This document shows, piece after piece, positions 58,980 to 64,000 of a stretch of 64,000 nucleotides of DNA. Source of the DNA: an uncultured Chitinophaga sp. (GTDB taxonomy: Bacteria; Bacteroidota; Bacteroidia; NS11-12g; UBA9320). Under the pieces are notes generated by a model, which did no database searches, was not told where the DNA came from, and saw only the letters and a program-made list of their open reading frames with translations. Location: contig CAZTXB010000002.1 in NCBI GenBank assembly GCA_964617955.1, forward strand, positions 67,457 through 131,456, written 5' to 3'. Both the position numbers and the translations under genes were made by a program. How positions within the stretch are numbered: the stretch's first letter is position 1; each line of letters opens with the position of its first letter.

Positions 58980-60233
58980 ATGAAAGCAGAGCTCATTTCG
59001 ATTGGCGATGAAATTCTCATTGGGCAAGTAGTGAATACCAATGCTGTTTGGATGGCAAAAAAGCTAAACGCCATTGGCGTACACATACACCAAATTACAA
59101 CCGTTGGCGATGATAAAAATCAGATTATTACAGCGCTCAAAGAAGCGTTAACCCATTCTGATATTGTTTTGATTACCGGCGGACTGGGGCCAACCAATGA
59201 TGACATTACTAAAATGAGTTTGGCAGAATTTTTAAATCAAGGTTTCAGAAAAGATCTAAAAGTACTGGAATTTATTAAATCAAACTTTGAGAAAAGGCAT
59301 ATCGAATTTCTCCCGGTTCATGAATTTCAGGCGGAGGTACTCCAAGATTCCGAAGTGCTTTTCAATCATTATGGAACAGCACCGGGAATGTGGATTGCTT
59401 TAGGCTCAAAGGTCGTGATTGTGATGCCGGGGGTGCCTTACGAAATGAAAGGCATCATGAATAATTATGCCCTTGAGAAAATAAAAAATACATTTAAACT
59501 GCCCTCCATATATCACAAAACACTGGTTGTGAGTGGTTTGCCAGAATCTACGCTGGCAAATAAAATATCTGAAGTTGAGAACAATTTGCCTCCACATATT
59601 AAACTGGCTTATTTACCTCATTTCGGTATTGTGAGGTTGAGGCTGTCCGGAAAGGGAAATGATGCCGATTTGCTCAAAGAGGAAATTGAAACCTTTGGAA
59701 AACAGATTTTAGAAAAATTAGATAAAAAGGACATCGTAGCCACCGACGATCTCACGCCACAGGAAATTGTTGGCTCCCTATTGCTCGAAAATGGTCAAAC
59801 CCTTTCTATTGCTGAAAGTTGCACAGGCGGACATATCTCTCATCTCATCACCACCGTTCCGGGAAGCTCGCAATATTTTATTGGGTCGCTCATTGCCTAC
59901 AGCTATGAAGTAAAAATGAACGATTTGAATGTGAAGGCGACTACTCTCGAAAAATTTGGTGCTGTAAGTGAGGAATGTGTAGTAGAAATGGCCAATGGTA
60001 TTAAGAAAAAATTTAAAACAGATTTTGCCATTAGTACAACAGGTATTGCAGGTCCCGGAGGCGCCACCGATGATAAACCGGTAGGTATGGTTTGGATAGC
60101 CGTGGCGACTCCCAATGCGGTCATTACGCGCATGATTATGGGTAATGGAGAGCGCTTAAATGTGATTGAGCGCACCTCTGTAACGGCACTCGATATGTTG
60201 AGAAGATCCATCATCGGATTAAATCCTTCATAA
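58980..60233 (+). CDS. cinA: CinA family protein (competence/damage-inducible; MocF-like N-terminus plus a nicotinamide-nucleotide amidohydrolase C-terminus)
   Basis: MKAELISIGDEILIGQVVNTNAVWMAKKL. Confidence 0.85.
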   Translation: MKAELISIGDEILIGQVVNTNAVWMAKKLNAIGVHIHQITTVGDDKNQIITALKEALTHSDIVLITGGLGPTNDDITKMSLAEFLNQGFRKDLKVLEFIKSNFEKRHIEFLPVHEFQAEVLQDSEVLFNHYGTAPGMWIALGSKVVIVMPGVPYEMKGIMNNYALEKIKNTFKLPSIYHKTLVVSGLPESTLANKISEVENNLPPHIKLAYLPHFGIVRLRLSGKGNDADLLKEEIETFGKQILEKLDKKDIVATDDLTPQEIVGSLLLENGQTLSIAESCTGGHISHLITTVPGSSQYFIGSLIAYSYEVKMNDLNVKATTLEKFGAVSEECVVEMANGIKKKFKTDFAISTTGIAGPGGATDDKPVGMVWIAVATPNAVITRMIMGNGERLNVIERTSVTALDMLRRSIIGLNPS

Positions 60234-60374
60234 AAGTTGACGCTAAAAATTCAAAATCAGGGCGAGGTTTAGGCATAAACAACATCTGTTGAATGGGAAA
60301 CGATTTTCTATTAAGCCTTTCAAATCCTAAATTTCTGAAATCAAATCTAAAAAAATAAGTAAGTTTGCAACTCA

Positions 60375-61391
60375 ATGCTAACAGCACAAATTATAGCAGA
60401 TGAACTGGACGGAGAACTTTTCGGTAAAGCCGACAGGCTAATTGAAACGGTTTGTAAAATTGATGACGGGAGTCCTAACGCCTTGAGTTTTTTGGCCAAC
60501 CCCAAATACGAGGCATTTCTTGACAACACCCGGTCGGGGGTAGTGCTTGTTAAACACGATCAAGCTATTTCCCCTCGCGACGAAACAACCTTCATAAAAG
60601 TGAAGGACCCTTACACCGGTTTTTGCATCATTTTAGGAAAATATTTTAATCCGATTGTCCATCCTAAAGGCATTTCGGAAAAATGCCATGTCAATGGCAA
60701 TATTGAAATTGTAGAAGGACTCTACCTTGGAGAGTTTACAGTGATAGGTAAAAATGTAAAGCTGGGTAAAAATGTGAAGATTTATCCTCAGGCGTATATT
60801 GGAGACGATTGTATAATTGAAGAAAATGCAATTATTTACTCCGGCGTAAGAATTTACAGGGAGACAAAAATTGGAAAAAACTGCATCATTCACAGCGGTA
60901 CCGTGATCGGATCGGACGGGTTCGGATTTGCCCCTCAAAAAGACGGATCTTACATTAAAATTCCCCAAATTGGCAATGTGATTATAGAAGATGATGTAGA
61001 GATTGGCGCCAATTGCACGATTGACCGCGCCACCATGGGGAGCACAATTATTCGCAAAGGCGTAAAACTCGACAACCTTATTCAGGTGGCCCATAATGTT
61101 GAAATTGGCGAAAACACCGTCATAGCTGCACAAACAGGCATCTCAGGGTCGGTAAAATTGGGCGACAATTGTGTAATAGGGGGCCAGGTGGGATTTGTAG
61201 GTCATATCAGTGTGGCCAACGGTACTCAAATTGGCGCCCAAAGTGGAATTCCAAAATCCATCACTGAGGAAGGAAAGCCTTGGATTGGGTCACCGATTAT
61301 GCCACTGAAAGAAGCATTTAAATCCCAAATAATTTTTCGAAAATTACCGGATCTGGAGCAAAGAGTGACAGCACTGGAAAAAAACAAGTGA
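60375..61391 (+). CDS. lpxD: UDP-3-O-(3-hydroxyacyl)glucosamine N-acyltransferase
   Basis: N-terminal LpxD domain plus hexapeptide (left-handed beta-helix) repeats. Confidence 0.9.
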   Translation: MLTAQIIADELDGELFGKADRLIETVCKIDDGSPNALSFLANPKYEAFLDNTRSGVVLVKHDQAISPRDETTFIKVKDPYTGFCIILGKYFNPIVHPKGISEKCHVNGNIEIVEGLYLGEFTVIGKNVKLGKNVKIYPQAYIGDDCIIEENAIIYSGVRIYRETKIGKNCIIHSGTVIGSDGFGFAPQKDGSYIKIPQIGNVIIEDDVEIGANCTIDRATMGSTIIRKGVKLDNLIQVAHNVEIGENTVIAAQTGISGSVKLGDNCVIGGQVGFVGHISVANGTQIGAQSGIPKSITEEGKPWIGSPIMPLKEAFKSQIIFRKLPDLEQRVTALEKNK

Positions 61392-61401
61392 AAACGATAG
61401 A

Positions 61402-62829
61402 ATGCAGAAATTTCAGACAACAATAGAAAAACCGATTACCATTTCAGGGGTCGGGTTGCATACAGGTCAGGCAGTTAACCTTACTTTTCTACCTGCCGAT
61501 GAAAACCATGGATATGTTTTCCAACGGATAGATTTGGATGGGAAACCGACCATAAAGGCCGATTGCGATTTGGTAGTGGATACATCCAGAGGCACAACGC
61601 TTGAGCAAAATGGAGCCCGTATTTCAACCATAGAGCACGTTTTAGCCGCTCTGGTGGGTATGGAAATCGACAATGTTTTGATGCAGGTCGATGGTCCTGA
61701 GATGCCGATTATGGATGGAAGTTCCATAGAATTTGTTAAAAGTTTGAACCAGGTTGGTGTCAAAACCCAAAAAGCTGAGCGCGTTTATTTCGACATAGGA
61801 GAAAACATAAGCTACAGGGATGAAGAAAATCAGGTAGAAATGGTGGCCATGCCTCTCAACGATTACAGATTGACTGTAATGGTGGATTATAACTCCCCGG
61901 TTTTGGGAAGCCAGCACGCTTCCATAAGCTCTTTAAAAGAATTTGAAGAACAAATAGCCAGTTGCCGTACATTTTGTTTTTTACATGAACTTGAGATGCT
62001 GCTAAAAAACAACCTGATTAAAGGGGGAGATTTAAATAACGCCATTGTTATTGTGGACAGGGTGGTTAAGGACGATGAGTTGGATAATCTTGCTAAACTT
62101 TTTAATAAGCCCAAGGTTGAGGTGAAAAAGGAGGGAATACTCAACAATGTGAGCTTGCGTTTTCATAATGAACCCGCCCGTCACAAATTGTTGGACATGA
62201 TAGGCGATTTGGCCCTGATTGGAACTCCTATCAAAGCTCAAATTATGGCGGCCCGGCCGGGCCATGCTGCCAATGTAGAATTTGCCAAAAAAATAAAAAG
62301 ACATATAGAGGCGGTTAGAAAAGAAAATAAATTCAAAGTGGATGTGCCATTTTACGACCCTTCTGAACCGCCAATTTATAACTGTGGTGAAATTGAGAAA
62401 TTGCTTCCCCACCGCTGGCCATTTCTACTCGTAGATAAGGTTATAAAATTGTCGGAAAATGAAGTGGTGGCCATAAAAAACGTAAGTGCCGATCAGTATT
62501 TTTTCCCGGGTCACTTCCCTGGAGAAGCACTTTTTCCGGCGGTTTTACAAATTGAAGCCCTTGCCCAAACCGGAGGGGTACTTATTTTGAGTCGCGAACC
62601 TGATCCGGAAAATTTTAGTACCTACTTTGTCAAAATAGATTCTGCAAAGTTTAAAGGAAAAGTGGTTCCAGGTGATACCATCATATTAAAAATGGAGCTC
62701 ATAGCCCCAATTAGAAGAGGGATGTGTTTGATGCGAGGAACTGCATTTGTCGGAAATAAAATTGTGTGTGAGGCAGAAATGATGGCTCAGGTAGTTAGAA
62801 ATAAAACTGACGGAGCAGAACTTAACTAA
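61402..62829 (+). CDS. lpxC/fabZ: Bifunctional UDP-3-O-acyl-GlcNAc deacetylase / 3-hydroxyacyl-ACP dehydratase (LpxC-FabZ fusion)
   Basis: 475 aa. The N-terminus ITISGVGLHTGQ is LpxC-like. The C-terminus LPHRWPFLLVDKV...FFPGHFPG is the FabZ hot-dog fold. Confidence 0.9.
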   Translation: MQKFQTTIEKPITISGVGLHTGQAVNLTFLPADENHGYVFQRIDLDGKPTIKADCDLVVDTSRGTTLEQNGARISTIEHVLAALVGMEIDNVLMQVDGPEMPIMDGSSIEFVKSLNQVGVKTQKAERVYFDIGENISYRDEENQVEMVAMPLNDYRLTVMVDYNSPVLGSQHASISSLKEFEEQIASCRTFCFLHELEMLLKNNLIKGGDLNNAIVIVDRVVKDDELDNLAKLFNKPKVEVKKEGILNNVSLRFHNEPARHKLLDMIGDLALIGTPIKAQIMAARPGHAANVEFAKKIKRHIEAVRKENKFKVDVPFYDPSEPPIYNCGEIEKLLPHRWPFLLVDKVIKLSENEVVAIKNVSADQYFFPGHFPGEALFPAVLQIEALAQTGGVLILSREPDPENFSTYFVKIDSAKFKGKVVPGDTIILKMELIAPIRRGMCLMRGTAFVGNKIVCEAEMMAQVVRNKTDGAELN

Positions 62830-62843
62830 TTTAAACCAAGAAA

Positions 62844-63626
62844 ATGATTCAACCTTTAGCATATGTGAGTCCCGAAGCCAAATTGGCTCCGAATGTCATG
62901 ATAGACCCTTTTGTAACCATTCACCGCAATGTAGAAATAGGGGAAGGCAGCTGGATAGCCTCCAACGTTACGATTATGGAAGGGGCGCGAATAGGAAAAA
63001 ATGTAAAAATTTTCCCGGGCACCGTCATCAGCGCAATTCCTCAGGATTTGAAATTTGAAGGCGAAGACAGCCTTACCATTATCGGTGACAACACCGTGAT
63101 AAGGGAATGTGTAACCGTAAACCGGGGTACAAGTGCAAGCGGAAAAACAATTATAGGAAGCAATTGCCTATTGATGGCCTATGTACACGTGGCTCACGAT
63201 TGTGTCATCGGCGATAACTGCATTCTTGCAAATGCAGTTCAACTGGCGGGTCATGTGACCATTGGAGAATATGCCATTATTGGAGGTCTAAGTGCGGTGC
63301 ATCAGTTTGCTAAAATTGGCGTTCACGTTATGGTATCCGGCGGTTCGTTGGTGAGAAAAGATGTTCCTCCTTATTCTAAAGCGGCCAGAGAACCTCTGTC
63401 GTACGAAGGGGTTAACTCCATTGGCCTGAGAAGAAGGGGATATTCATCCGAAAAAATTGGTGAAATTCAGGAAATTTACAGGATCTTATATATCAGAGGC
63501 AACAACAATGCCACGGCCATACAAAAAATTGAAGCCGAAATGCCGGCAACTAAAGAGAGGGATGAGATACTGACCTTTATAAAGGAATCTGACAGAGGCA
63601 TCATGAAAGGATTTCTATCCAAGTAA
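62844..63626 (+). CDS. lpxA: Acyl-ACP--UDP-GlcNAc O-acyltransferase
   Basis: Hexapeptide repeats with IHPLAYVSPEAKLAPNV at the N-terminus. Confidence 0.9.
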   Translation: MIQPLAYVSPEAKLAPNVMIDPFVTIHRNVEIGEGSWIASNVTIMEGARIGKNVKIFPGTVISAIPQDLKFEGEDSLTIIGDNTVIRECVTVNRGTSASGKTIIGSNCLLMAYVHVAHDCVIGDNCILANAVQLAGHVTIGEYAIIGGLSAVHQFAKIGVHVMVSGGSLVRKDVPPYSKAAREPLSYEGVNSIGLRRRGYSSEKIGEIQEIYRILYIRGNNNATAIQKIEAEMPATKERDEILTFIKESDRGIMKGFLSK

Positions 63627-63674
63627 CCGACTTTCTTTTCCATTTATTCAATACCAAAGCAAGAAGCTTTACGT

Positions 63675-64000
63675 ATGATTCATTCTTTAAGAGTTAAAAA
63701 CCTCGCTAAGAGATACAATGATCAATGGGTTTTTAAATCGATTGAGCTTACCGTACATGCCTCAGAGAAAGTAGCCATTCTTGGAGCCAATGGATCAGGC
63801 AAAACCACACTGATGAAAATATTGGCGGGATTTGTATACCCCACCTGTGGTGAAATACTATGGAATGAGGGTGAAAATAAGATTGAATCACCCGAATTTT
63901 CTTATTCTGCACCCTATATCGACTTGTTTGAACATTTGTCGGTCATGGAGCATGTTGCTTTTCATTTTAAACAAAAGCAAGTTTTGAATGACCTTGCCCT
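63675..64000 (+). CDS. ABC transporter ATP-binding protein (partial, continues beyond the window)
   Basis: MIHSLRVKNLAKRY...GANGSGKTT Walker A. No stop within the window, so the ORF track does not list it. Confidence 0.75.
   Translation, partial: MIHSLRVKNLAKRYNDQWVFKSIELTVHASEKVAILGANGSGKTTLMKILAGFVYPTCGEILWNEGENKIESPEFSYSAPYIDLFEHLSVMEHVAFHFKQKQVLNDLA

Noticed and set aside
1-64000. CRISPR arrays, integrases, transposases or IS elements, including next to the two tRNA genes
   Set aside because: No direct-repeat and spacer periodicity was seen. The tRNA-Lys and tRNA-Leu flanks (13614-13940, 57143-57423) contain only AT-rich spacer, a terminator and promoter-like motifs, with no att-like duplications or recombinase ORFs.

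Overview
This 64-kb window reads as a chromosomal segment from a Bacteroidota genome. Three sequence features support that phylum: an LpxC-FabZ fusion gene, type IX secretion (T9SS) C-terminal sorting domains of both type A and type B, and TAnnTTTG-like -7 promoter motifs with few Shine-Dalgarno sequences. Most of the window is conserved housekeeping. That includes lptF/G, pepT, msrA, an LPS heptosyltransferase, ffh, rplU-rpmA, secA, purD, prfB with its programmed +1 frameshift, cinA, lpxD-lpxC/fabZ-lpxA, tRNA-Lys(TTT) and tRNA-Leu(GAG). Embedded in it is a distinctly AT-richer glycan-biosynthesis island of about 9 kb (roughly 15.3-24.5 kb). The island carries GT4 and GT2 glycosyltransferases, an FkbM methyltransferase, a GT-C-like polytopic membrane protein, a second polytopic membrane protein, and decayed methyltransferase and deacetylase remnants. 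Directly abutting the island is a 1655-aa protein with a C25 (gingipain/PorU-like) cysteine-peptidase domain and a T9SS C-terminal domain. A radical-SAM/SPASM enzyme follows, preceded by a 60-aa ORF and a 14-bp perfect palindrome. Further T9SS cargo proteins, a TonB-dependent receptor and an orphan OmpR-type response regulator come next. Small genes the ORF track missed are a candidate ribosomal protein bTHX, a 52-aa tail-anchored ORF, and an edge-truncated HEAT-cyclophilin gene. The most interesting candidate system is the radical-SAM/SPASM, small-ORF and PorU-like C25 peptidase module next to the foreign glycan island. All calls rest on reading motifs by eye, and no database searches were possible.
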